Below, one piece after another: positions 1-8,338 of a stretch of 64,000 nt of DNA. This stretch comes from an uncultured Peptoniphilaceae bacterium. GTDB lineage: Bacteria > Bacillota > Clostridia > Tissierellales > Peptoniphilaceae. A program made the position numbers and the translations under genes. The stretch is taken from contig CAYFUN010000001.1 of NCBI GenBank assembly GCA_964346535.1, positions 7,593-71,592 of the forward strand, given 5' to 3'. The notes beneath the pieces were generated by a model. It had not been told where the DNA came from. It made no database searches and saw nothing but the letters and a program-made list of their open reading frames with translations. The first letter of the stretch is position 1. Every line of letters begins with the position of its first letter.

Positions 1-549
1 CATGGAAGTGGAGAAATTTTAGACAAGCCATGTAAAGACTGTAATGGAACAGGTAGGGAAAATGTTCAAAAGACAATAAAGGTAAGTATTCCTAAGGGAG
101 TAGATACTGGCTCAGTTATATCCCTAAGTGGCCAAGGTAACCAAGGTATTAATGGAGGCCCAGCAGGAGATCTATTAATTTATATAGAAGTAGAAGAAGA
201 CCAAGTCTTTAAAAGAAGAGGGGCAGACCTTTTTGTAGAAGTGCCAATTGCCTACTCCCAAGCAGTTCTTGGAGGAACAGTAAAAGTACCAACAATATCT
301 GAAATGATAGAAGAAAAGGTACCAAAGGGAACTGAATCAGGAGATATAATTAAAATTAAAGGCAAGGGAGCTCCTTATTTAAGAAGACCTGGCTCAGGTG
401 ATCTTTATGTTTCTTATAAAATTCATGTACCAAAAAAGGTTACAGATGAAGAAGAAAAACTTTTAAAGGACCTATTAGTTGCCCAAGGCGGCCAGCTAGA
501 AAAGAACGAAAAAGGATTTTTTGAAAAGATAAAGGATTTTTTTGATTAA
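1..549 (+). CDS. dnaJ: Chaperone DnaJ, C-terminal part (5' end lies outside the window)
   Basis: Frame 1 is open from the window edge to TAA 547-549. Translation HGSGEILDKPCKDCNGTGRE... gives the last CxxCxGxG zinc-finger repeat, then the DnaJ C-terminal domain. Synteny with prmA downstream. Confidence 0.9.
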   Translation, partial: HGSGEILDKPCKDCNGTGRENVQKTIKVSIPKGVDTGSVISLSGQGNQGINGGPAGDLLIYIEVEEDQVFKRRGADLFVEVPIAYSQAVLGGTVKVPTISEMIEEKVPKGTESGDIIKIKGKGAPYLRRPGSGDLYVSYKIHVPKKVTDEEEKLLKDLLVAQGGQLEKNEKGFFEKIKDFFD

Positions 550-1463
550 TGGAAAATAAATGGAATGAACTAACAATAATGTGCCAATATGATCTTTGGC
601 CAAGGCTAGAAGAATTTTTATATGAAAAGGACTTATATTCTTTTGAAATAATTGACCCAAGAATGGAAAATATTGAAAACGACTCTAAGCGTTGGGACTT
701 TATAGAAGAGGATATATTTAAAGACGCCTTTGATGGTATCACTGTAAAATTATATTCTTCAGATGATGAAGCCCTTGACCTAAAAGATATTGCCAAAGAA
801 ATTGAAGCTAAGAACTTAGGCAAGGCTCGTTTAGAATTAATTGATGACCAAGACTGGAGAAACAACTGGAAGGCCTTTTACGAAGTTCAAGAAATTGGCC
901 CCAAAATTGTAATAAAACCTTCTTGGGAGTCTTATGACAATAAAGACGACAAGGTAGTTATTGAATTAGACCCTGGCATGGCCTTTGGAACAGGCGGCCA
1001 TGAAACTACAAGAATGTGCCTGGAACTTTTACAAAAGTATTTAAAAGCAGATGACAAGATATTAGATATTGGTTGTGGGTCGGGAATTTTATCAGTAGCT
1101 GGAAAACTTTTAGGCGCTTCTAAAGTTATTGGAGCTGACTTGGATGAAAAGGCTGTTGAAATTTCTAGGAAAAATGCCGACCACAACAAGGCTGATGTTG
1201 ACTTTAAAACTTCAAATTTATTTTCAGAAGTTGACTCTAAGGGAGACCTTATAATTGCAAATATTGTTGCAGAAATTATTGTCGTTCTTATAGACCAAGT
1301 AAGAGACTATCTAGAACCAGGTGGAACAATAATTTGTTCAGGGATCATTGAAGAAAAGTCAGCCCTAGTAGAAGAGGCCTTAGAAAAAAATGGCTTTGAA
1401 CTTGTAGAGAAGATGACAGAAAATGAATGGGTTGCCTTAGTAGCGAGGGATAAGCATGCATAG
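549..1463 (+). CDS. prmA: Ribosomal protein L11 methyltransferase
   Basis: GTGGHETTRMCLELL and SAM-binding DIGCGSGILS motifs. dnaJ-prmA-rsmE-mtaB order as in B. subtilis (yqeT-yqeU-yqeV). Confidence 0.9.
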   Translation: MENKWNELTIMCQYDLWPRLEEFLYEKDLYSFEIIDPRMENIENDSKRWDFIEEDIFKDAFDGITVKLYSSDDEALDLKDIAKEIEAKNLGKARLELIDDQDWRNNWKAFYEVQEIGPKIVIKPSWESYDNKDDKVVIELDPGMAFGTGGHETTRMCLELLQKYLKADDKILDIGCGSGILSVAGKLLGASKVIGADLDEKAVEISRKNADHNKADVDFKTSNLFSEVDSKGDLIIANIVAEIIVVLIDQVRDYLEPGGTIICSGIIEEKSALVEEALEKNGFELVEKMTENEWVALVARDKHA

Positions 1464-2169
1464 GATTTTTGCTGAGACCACTAACATTGATGGGGATATT
1501 TTTATTATTCCAGAAACTGACCAATTTCATATGGAAAGAGTCTTAAGGTTTAAAGAAGGGGAGAGCTTTGAAGCTGTTGTTGGTGATACCTTATATGAAC
1601 TAATTTATTTGGAAACTGACAAGGCAAAAATTATCTCTTTTGAAAAACTCGACCTAATAAAAAAGCCAAATATAAATTTATTCTTTTCGATTTTAAAGGG
1701 AGACAAGACAGACTTTGTCCTACAAAAATGTACAGAAATTGGAGTGACCAATTTTTATCCAATGATTACAATGAGAACAGTTGTAGACATTAGAGGCAAG
1801 GAAAAAAATAGACAGGACAGGTGGCAGAGAATTGTAAACGACGCCAGCAAACAATCCAAGTCGACTTTTATTCCAACTGTTCACTATCCAATAGAGATAA
1901 CAGGTGTTTTTGATAAAATTTATAAAAATGATTTTTCTATAGTTCCTTACGAAGGTGAAAAGAGAACTACAATAAAACAAGCCCTAGACCACTATAATGG
2001 AGGAGATATTAATATATTTATCGGTCCAGAAGGTGGCTTTGATGATATAGAAATAAAGGCGTTAACCAGGGCAGGAATAAGGTCTGTCTCCCTAGGAGAA
2101 AAAATTTTAAGGGCCGAAACTGCATCTATGGTTACATTGGTGAATATAATATATGAACTCGACTTATAA
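1456..2169 (+). CDS. rsmE: 16S rRNA (uracil1498-N3)-methyltransferase RsmE
   Basis: MHRIF N-terminus and C-terminal IGPEGGF...E motif of the RsmE SPOUT family. Overlaps prmA by 8 nt. Confidence 0.85.
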   Translation: MHRIFAETTNIDGDIFIIPETDQFHMERVLRFKEGESFEAVVGDTLYELIYLETDKAKIISFEKLDLIKKPNINLFFSILKGDKTDFVLQKCTEIGVTNFYPMITMRTVVDIRGKEKNRQDRWQRIVNDASKQSKSTFIPTVHYPIEITGVFDKIYKNDFSIVPYEGEKRTTIKQALDHYNGGDINIFIGPEGGFDDIEIKALTRAGIRSVSLGEKILRAETASMVTLVNIIYELDL

Positions 2170-3475
2170 AAACAAAGTAAAATTTCATACTCTAGGTTGT
2201 AAGGTCAACCAATACGAAACAGAAGCAGCTAGCGAACTTTTTGAAAAAGCTGGCTATGAAGTCCTTGAAGGAGACTTTCCAGCTGATGTTTATGTTATAA
2301 ATACCTGTACAGTCACTTCCTTGTCTGATAGCAAGTCTAGACAGATTATCAGAAGGTCTAAGAGAGAAAATCCCAATTCAATTATGGTTGTAATGGGTTG
2401 TTACTCTCAAGTATCTGCTGAAGAAGTTGCTGACATTGAAGGAGTAGATATAGTAATTGGCACAACCGAGAGAAATGAAATAGTTGACCTTGTTGAAAAA
2501 TTTAAAAACAACAAAGAACAAATTAATATTGTTAGAGATATAAAAAAGGACAAGACCTTCCAGCCCTTAGACATCAAGGCCATTAAAAATATGACCAGGG
2601 CCTATTTAAAAGTCCAAGACGGCTGTAATAGATATTGTTCCTACTGTATAATTCCCTATGCCAGAGGAAATATTAGGTCTAGAGATCCAAAAGACGTAAT
2701 AGCTGAAGTAGAAAAACTTAGCCAAAATGGCTACAAAGAAGTTGTTCTAACTGGAATTCATGTAGCATCTTATGGCAAGGACTTAGATAACTTTGATCTC
2801 TTAAAGCTAATTGAAGTTATTCACCCAATTGAGGGTATAGAGAGAATAAGACTTTCATCCCTAGAGCCAAGGCTGATAACAGAAGAATTTTTACAAGGAG
2901 TTTCAAAACTTCCAAAATTCTGCGACCACTTCCATTTATCTTTACAAAGTGGATCAAATACTGTTTTGCAGAGAATGAACAGGAAGTACACTAGAGAAGA
3001 TTATTTGGAAACTGTTGAAAGAATAAGACGCTACTATCCTCAGGCTGGAATTACAACAGACATAATAGTTGGCTTTCCAGGAGAGACAGAAGAAGAGTTT
3101 CAAGAGACTCTTGACCTAGTAAAAAAAGTTGCCTTTTCAAGAGTCCACGTTTTTAAGTATTCTATTAGAAAGGGAACTCCAGCAGCAACTATGAAGGGAC
3201 AAGTTGATGGCAAGATAAAAAACTTTAGGTCCCAGGACCTAATTGCCCTAACAGAAGCTTTAAGGGCTGACTTTGAAAGGTCTTTTATTGGAAAAGATAT
3301 GGAAGTTTTAGTTGAGAGAAAAACTGAAGGCCTTTATCATGGCCACAGCACCAACTATGTTGAAGTATTTTTTACAGGCCAGGGAGATTATTTTAATAAG
3401 CTGGTGGAAGTAGAAATTACAGATTTTATTGATGGCAAATTAAGAGGAAGGGCCAAAGGAGGAAAAAATGACTGA
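2153..3475 (+). CDS. mtaB: tRNA t6A37 methylthiotransferase (MiaB-like, MtaB type)
   Basis: UPF0004 N-domain (HTLGCKVNQYE), radical-SAM CNRYCSYC motif and a C-terminal TRAM-like domain. Position after rsmE matches yqeV/mtaB. Confidence 0.85.
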   Translation: MNSTYKNKVKFHTLGCKVNQYETEAASELFEKAGYEVLEGDFPADVYVINTCTVTSLSDSKSRQIIRRSKRENPNSIMVVMGCYSQVSAEEVADIEGVDIVIGTTERNEIVDLVEKFKNNKEQINIVRDIKKDKTFQPLDIKAIKNMTRAYLKVQDGCNRYCSYCIIPYARGNIRSRDPKDVIAEVEKLSQNGYKEVVLTGIHVASYGKDLDNFDLLKLIEVIHPIEGIERIRLSSLEPRLITEEFLQGVSKLPKFCDHFHLSLQSGSNTVLQRMNRKYTREDYLETVERIRRYYPQAGITTDIIVGFPGETEEEFQETLDLVKKVAFSRVHVFKYSIRKGTPAATMKGQVDGKIKNFRSQDLIALTEALRADFERSFIGKDMEVLVERKTEGLYHGHSTNYVEVFFTGQGDYFNKLVEVEITDFIDGKLRGRAKGGKND

Positions 3476-3809
3476 TTGTATATTTTGTAAAATTGTAGGA
3501 GGAGAGATTCCTTCGAAAAAAGTTTATGAAGACGAATTTGTTTATGCCTTTAATGACTTGGAACCACAGGCACCAGTCCACGTACTTGTAATTCCAAAAA
3601 AACACATTTCAAATGTAGACGAAATTGCAGAAGAAGACAAGGAACTAATTGGCCATATTTATTTATCAATTAGCAAAATCGCCAAGGACCTTGGCCTTGA
3701 AAAAGGATATAGGGTTGTAGTTAACAACAAAGAACATGGCGGCCAATCTGTAAATCATTTACACTTCCATCTTCTAGGTGGCAGACAAATGACTTGGCCA
3801 GCAGGTTAA
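3468..3809 (+). CDS. HIT-family (histidine triad) nucleotide-binding protein
   Basis: CIFCKI N-terminus and histidine triad HLHFHLLGG. Confidence 0.85.
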   Translation: MTDCIFCKIVGGEIPSKKVYEDEFVYAFNDLEPQAPVHVLVIPKKHISNVDEIAEEDKELIGHIYLSISKIAKDLGLEKGYRVVVNNKEHGGQSVNHLHFHLLGGRQMTWPAG

Positions 3810-3818
3810 TAAGTTTTT

Positions 3819-3851
3819 AAAATGACTGAGATTTAATCTTGGTCATTTTTT
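3819..3851 (+). terminator. Rho-independent terminator after the HIT gene
   Basis: AAAATGAC...GTCATTTTTT stem with inner pairing, followed by a T-run. Confidence 0.6.
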
Positions 3852-3928
3852 GTAAGAAAAATCTTTTCGGGTATAAGTGTCTATATAAAGTTGTGAAATC
3901 TTGTGATATACTTTTGTTAGGTGAAAGC

Positions 3929-4537
3929 ATGGAAAGAAAAAATATTAAATCAGACTTTATAAATATAAATACAGAAGAAAAATCTTATTTTGGCGGGACA
4001 GCTGATCTTTTAGATTTTGATTTAGCCTTAAAAGATTTTTCTAAGACCCAGTCATCAGGATTTTTTGCTCTGACAGATTTATTACTTTATGAATTTGCAA
4101 AATATTCTGAAACCAAGGGAACTAATGGAGACCTTAATTTTGATTTTGATTCTTATAGTAAGTTTTTAAGAAACTACATAGATTCAAAAGCCTATAGGTA
4201 TTTTGGATTTTTAAGTCTAAGGTCTATAGAAGCTTATATAAAAAGACTTGCAGCCAAGAGACGAATTGAAATAAAAACTAGCTACCATGCTAATTTTATT
4301 TCGCAAAATATTTTTATAAAAATTATAGACCAGGCCCTTGAAAAAGACCATCCTCTTTTAATGGAGCTTGGAATAAGGCAAGGCTTTGACTATCCAAAGT
4401 ATTCCTTAGTTATAGGAAGAGAAGATGACAGTTTAATACTTGCATCTAGGGGAGAGAAGAAAGTAGAAAAAATTTCAAACATTTTTTCCTACTCTGATTA
4501 TCGCCTAGGCTTACTTTATATTGAAGCGTATTTATAA
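3929..4537 (+). CDS. Hypothetical protein (no family recognised)
   Basis: The ORF-track frame starts at 3839. I prefer ATG 3929 (MERKNIK...), which is preceded by AGGTGA. No motif recognised. Confidence 0.5.
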   Translation: MERKNIKSDFININTEEKSYFGGTADLLDFDLALKDFSKTQSSGFFALTDLLLYEFAKYSETKGTNGDLNFDFDSYSKFLRNYIDSKAYRYFGFLSLRSIEAYIKRLAAKRRIEIKTSYHANFISQNIFIKIIDQALEKDHPLLMELGIRQGFDYPKYSLVIGREDDSLILASRGEKKVEKISNIFSYSDYRLGLLYIEAYL

Positions 4538-4557
4538 AAACTACAGGGAGGTTAAAG

Positions 4558-6243
4558 ATGGACTACAAAAAGACTTATGAAAAATGGTTAAATTCAGAAA
4601 CTATAGACCAAGCTACAAAAGATGAATTAAAAAGCTTAACAGACCAAGGAGAAATTGAAGACAGGTTTTATAAGAACCTAGAATTTGGAACAGCAGGCTT
4701 ACGCGGTATTATTGGAGCTGGAACAAATAGGATGAACAAGTACACAGTAGGTAAGGCCAGTCAAGCCCTAGCTGAAGTTATAAGAGACTATGGTAAGGAA
4801 GCTATGGACAAGGGTATTGCCATTGCCTATGACGTAAGAAATTATTCTGATGTATTTTCAAAACTTGCAGCAAGTATTTTAGCTGCCAATGGAGTTAAGG
4901 TTTATTTGTTTGAAGGAATTAGACCAACTCCAATGCTATCCTTTGCCATTAGACATTTAAAAACCCAATCAGGTATAGTTGTAACAGCCTCTCACAATCC
5001 AAAAAACTACAACGGCTACAAGGTTTATTGGGAAGAAGGAGCACAAATTCTAGATATTCACGCCAATCAAATTTCTGAAAAAATAAATAAGCTGAACTTT
5101 GAAGATATTAATTGGGGATCTTATGACGACCTAGTAAATCAAGGAAAAATAATTTTAATTGGCGAAGAAGTTGACGAGGCCTATTATAAGGAAGTTTTAT
5201 CAAGGGCAGTAAATGACGATGTCGATAAAAATGTTAATATAGTTTATTCACCATTAAATGGAACTGGAAATATTCCTGTTAGAACTGTTTTAGACAGACG
5301 AGGCTTTACAAATGTTAACTTAGTAAAAGAACAAACAGAACCAGATGGATCTTTCCCAACTATTGAATATCCAAATCCTGAAGATACTAAGGCCTTTGAA
5401 TATGGTTTAAGACTTGCAAAAAATATTGATGCAGATATAATTATTGCAACAGACCCTGACTGTGATAGAGTTGCAATGATGGGCAAGAAGCCAGATGGAT
5501 CTTATTATGCCTTTAATGGCAACCAAACTGGAGTTCTTTTAATAAACTATATTTTAAATGGTCTAAAAGCTAGTGATAAATTACCATCCAATGGTGCAAT
5601 TGTAAAATCAATTGTAACTGGGGAAATGGCCAAGGCTATTTGTGACGACTTTAATGTCAAGATGTTCTCAACCTTAACTGGATTTAAAAATATTTGCTCC
5701 CTAGCTAACACTTGGGACCAAACTAAAGAATATGAATTTATTTTTGGCTATGAAGAATCTATTGGCTACACCTATGGAGACTATGTAAGAGACAAAGACG
5801 CAGTAATTTCATCTATGCTTATAGCTGAAATGGCTGGCTACTATAAAAAACAAGGCAAGAGCCTTTATCAAGTTCTATATGACCTTTATGAAAAATATGG
5901 CTACTACAAGGAAAAATTAATTTCTCTAACCTTAAAGGGCATTGAAGGTTCAATGAGAATTAAAAAGATGATGGATGTAGTTAGAAAAGAACCATTTGAA
6001 ACTATTGGCGACCTAAAAGTTTCTAGTGTCAAAGATTATTTGACAGATGATCCAGTGGTTGGCAAGTCAAATGTATTAGAGTACAGATTAGAAGATGGCT
6101 CTTGGTTTTCTGTAAGGCCATCAGGAACTGAACCAAAAATTAAACTCTATATTTATTCTAAGGACAAGAAAGAAGCCAAGGCAGAAGAAAAAATATCTAT
6201 GATAGAAGAAGTGGTCCTTGGAAGATTAAATTCAATTGAATAA
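4558..6243 (+). CDS. pgcA: Phosphoglucomutase / phospho-sugar mutase
   Basis: N-terminus closely parallels B. subtilis PgcA (YKNLEFGTAGLRG.IGAGTNRMN.YTV). Active-site TASHNPKNYNGYKV and metal loop ATDPDCDR. Confidence 0.9.
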   Translation: MDYKKTYEKWLNSETIDQATKDELKSLTDQGEIEDRFYKNLEFGTAGLRGIIGAGTNRMNKYTVGKASQALAEVIRDYGKEAMDKGIAIAYDVRNYSDVFSKLAASILAANGVKVYLFEGIRPTPMLSFAIRHLKTQSGIVVTASHNPKNYNGYKVYWEEGAQILDIHANQISEKINKLNFEDINWGSYDDLVNQGKIILIGEEVDEAYYKEVLSRAVNDDVDKNVNIVYSPLNGTGNIPVRTVLDRRGFTNVNLVKEQTEPDGSFPTIEYPNPEDTKAFEYGLRLAKNIDADIIIATDPDCDRVAMMGKKPDGSYYAFNGNQTGVLLINYILNGLKASDKLPSNGAIVKSIVTGEMAKAICDDFNVKMFSTLTGFKNICSLANTWDQTKEYEFIFGYEESIGYTYGDYVRDKDAVISSMLIAEMAGYYKKQGKSLYQVLYDLYEKYGYYKEKLISLTLKGIEGSMRIKKMMDVVRKEPFETIGDLKVSSVKDYLTDDPVVGKSNVLEYRLEDGSWFSVRPSGTEPKIKLYIYSKDKKEAKAEEKISMIEEVVLGRLNSIE

Positions 6244-6250
6244 AAATTTT

Positions 6251-6280
6251 AGAACCTGACCTAGTGTTAGGTTCTTTTTT
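6251..6280 (+). terminator. Rho-independent terminator after pgcA
   Basis: AGAACCT(11-nt loop)AGGTTCT followed by TTTTTT. Confidence 0.8.
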
Positions 6281-6336
6281 AATATAGCAAAAGCTTGCTT
6301 TTTCTGCTATTATTTAATATATAAAGAGGTGATTTT

Positions 6337-7263
6337 ATGAATATAATTGTAGACATTGATCCATATTTAAAAAAAGCTTATAAGATTAAACAATTTTCCT
6401 CAGCAGATGACCTAGAGGCAGAAGAATTTTCTATAGAAATAAATACTAGGGCTATTAATTATTCGAGAATTTTTTCTATGTTTGATATTCCATCTGAGAT
6501 TTTCACTTATCTGGGAGGTTTTGTAGGAGACAACTACAGGGAACTTTTAAGAAGAGAAAACACCTTAGGCCAAGTTATAAATATTAAAGACTCCACTAGG
6601 GAAAAGCTTTTTATTTATGATGGAATAAGAGACTTAAAAATCTATTCAAAAACACCCCGTATTACTAATGACGAAAGAAATAATATTTACGAAGGTTATT
6701 TGTCAACTATTAAGGAAAGTGATTTTATAATTCTTCCAGAGACTAATGGTTCTATTTATGAAGAAGAGTTTTATATAAACTTTATAAATGTAGCCTTTAA
6801 GGCTGGAAAAAAATTGGCCTTATCTACTAACAAGGATAACATTAACAAATTAATTTCCTATAGGCCTCATACAATTCTTGTAGACAAAAAGGCCTTAGAA
6901 TCTTATGCCAAGAAAGAATTAAATTTCAACTGGGAAATCAACAATGTAATCAAAGACCTAATTGATCTTGGAATAAAATATGTTGTCTATTATTCTGACA
7001 AGGCTACAGTTCAAATCCAAGACAAAGACAATATTATTACAAGTTTTGGACAAGGCTTTGACTTTGATAGAAAAAACAAGGACAAGGTCCTAGCAGGTTT
7101 TATTGTTTCAATAAATAAAAACTACGACCTAGAAATGGCAGCAAAAATTGCCCTGGCTGCAAGTAACTTAGACCTAAAGAGAGAAGAACTAAATAGAGAT
7201 GCTGGAACAATAAAGGCCAGCATTAACAATATAGAAATTGAGCAAGCAAATGTTAGAAAATAA
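6337..7263 (+). CDS. PfkB-family (1-phosphofructokinase/tagatose-6-P kinase fold) protein with degenerate catalytic motifs
   Basis: By-eye colinearity with FruK/LacC: MNIIVDIDPYL ~ MI.T.TLNPS.D; LGGFVGDNY ~ GG..G; LVDKKALESY ~ IKPN..EL. The GGKG lid is replaced by NTRA, and the GAGD/GSGD anion hole by KNKDKVLAGF. Confidence 0.55.
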   Translation: MNIIVDIDPYLKKAYKIKQFSSADDLEAEEFSIEINTRAINYSRIFSMFDIPSEIFTYLGGFVGDNYRELLRRENTLGQVINIKDSTREKLFIYDGIRDLKIYSKTPRITNDERNNIYEGYLSTIKESDFIILPETNGSIYEEEFYINFINVAFKAGKKLALSTNKDNINKLISYRPHTILVDKKALESYAKKELNFNWEINNVIKDLIDLGIKYVVYYSDKATVQIQDKDNIITSFGQGFDFDRKNKDKVLAGFIVSINKNYDLEMAAKIALAASNLDLKREELNRDAGTIKASINNIEIEQANVRK

Positions 7264-8338
7264 AATAAAGATTCTTCACATAGCTGATGTTCATCTAGGA
7301 AGAGACTTTAATTTTTCTAGCAAAAAGGCTAATGAATCCCAGGTTCGTAAAGAAGAAATCTGGGATTCTTTTGAGAAAGCCTTAGTCTTTGCAGAAGATC
7401 AGGGAGTTGAAATAGTTTTAATTCCAGGTGACCTTTATGACAATGACAAAATTACTAAGTCAAACCTAGATAGGTTAGCCTTTATCTTTGCAAAATTTTC
7501 TAAACTAAGATTTTATATTAGCCTAGGCAACCACGACCACCTAAGTCCTAAGTCTGACTATTTAAAAAAGATTTGCTCTAAAAACGTTCATATATTTTCT
7601 AACTTTCTAGAATATAGAGAATATAAAAATATAAGGATTTATGGTTTTTCTTGGGACAGAGTTGAATATCAAAAAAGTCCTATAAATTTTGTCGACTTAG
7701 ATGGATCTTATACAAATATTTTATCCATTCACGGAACAGATACTAGCATTTCTGATTACTTACCCTTGGATATAAAATATTTAGAAGACATAGGCTTTGA
7801 TTATATAGCCCTAGGCCATATTCATCAGCCAAAAAAAGCAGGAAAACTTTCTTATTATCCAGGATGCCTAGAGCCATTATCATTTAATAACCTTGGTCCC
7901 CATGGCGGACTATTATTAGAATTTTATGGTAGGGAAGTCAAGGTTGACTTTATAAAAATGGCCCAAAGGTCCTATTACGATTTAGACTTTGATGTATCAG
8001 AGATCTCTGCCAACAAGGATTTGTTTAAGGGCTTAATGAAAATATTTGCAGACATAAAGAGAACAGACCTTATAAGATTAAATCTCTTAGGAAGAAAATC
8101 TAAAAATCTAGACTTTGAAGAGCTAGAAACAATTTTAAAAAGAGACTACAGTCTTATTTATATAATTGATAAAACTAGCCCGAAAATTAATTTCCAAAGA
8201 CTTTTAGCAGAAAACAAGGACAACATTATAGGCAGGTACTTTGACTATGTCTTTAATAATTATGACGAAAAGGACCAAAGGCAGCTAGTTAAAATTGGCC
8301 TTGAATCCTTTGACCTAGGTGATAGCTATGAAGATTAA
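7250..8338 (+). CDS. Mre11/SbcD-like DNA repair exonuclease (YhaO/SbcF-like metallophosphoesterase)
   Basis: All calcineurin-like nuclease motifs are present: HIADVHLG, IPGDLYD, LGNHDH, SIHG, LGHIHQ. Start moved to ATG 7250 (MLENKIKILHIAD), which overlaps the upstream stop by 14 nt. Confidence 0.8.
   Translation: MLENKIKILHIADVHLGRDFNFSSKKANESQVRKEEIWDSFEKALVFAEDQGVEIVLIPGDLYDNDKITKSNLDRLAFIFAKFSKLRFYISLGNHDHLSPKSDYLKKICSKNVHIFSNFLEYREYKNIRIYGFSWDRVEYQKSPINFVDLDGSYTNILSIHGTDTSISDYLPLDIKYLEDIGFDYIALGHIHQPKKAGKLSYYPGCLEPLSFNNLGPHGGLLLEFYGREVKVDFIKMAQRSYYDLDFDVSEISANKDLFKGLMKIFADIKRTDLIRLNLLGRKSKNLDFEELETILKRDYSLIYIIDKTSPKINFQRLLAENKDNIIGRYFDYVFNNYDEKDQRQLVKIGLESFDLGDSYED

Noticed and set aside
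440-865. 141-aa minus-strand ORF overlapping dnaJ/prmA. Other antisense ORFs in the track are of the same kind (for example 932..1189, 11815..12117, 26961..27269, 33230..33586, 37837..38136, 54306..54629, 56944..57216, 61579..61935).
   Set aside because: Each lies entirely inside a strongly conserved, motif-bearing gene on the opposite strand. They lack SD sequences and have the Ser/Leu/Phe-rich composition expected of antisense frames in AT-rich coding DNA.
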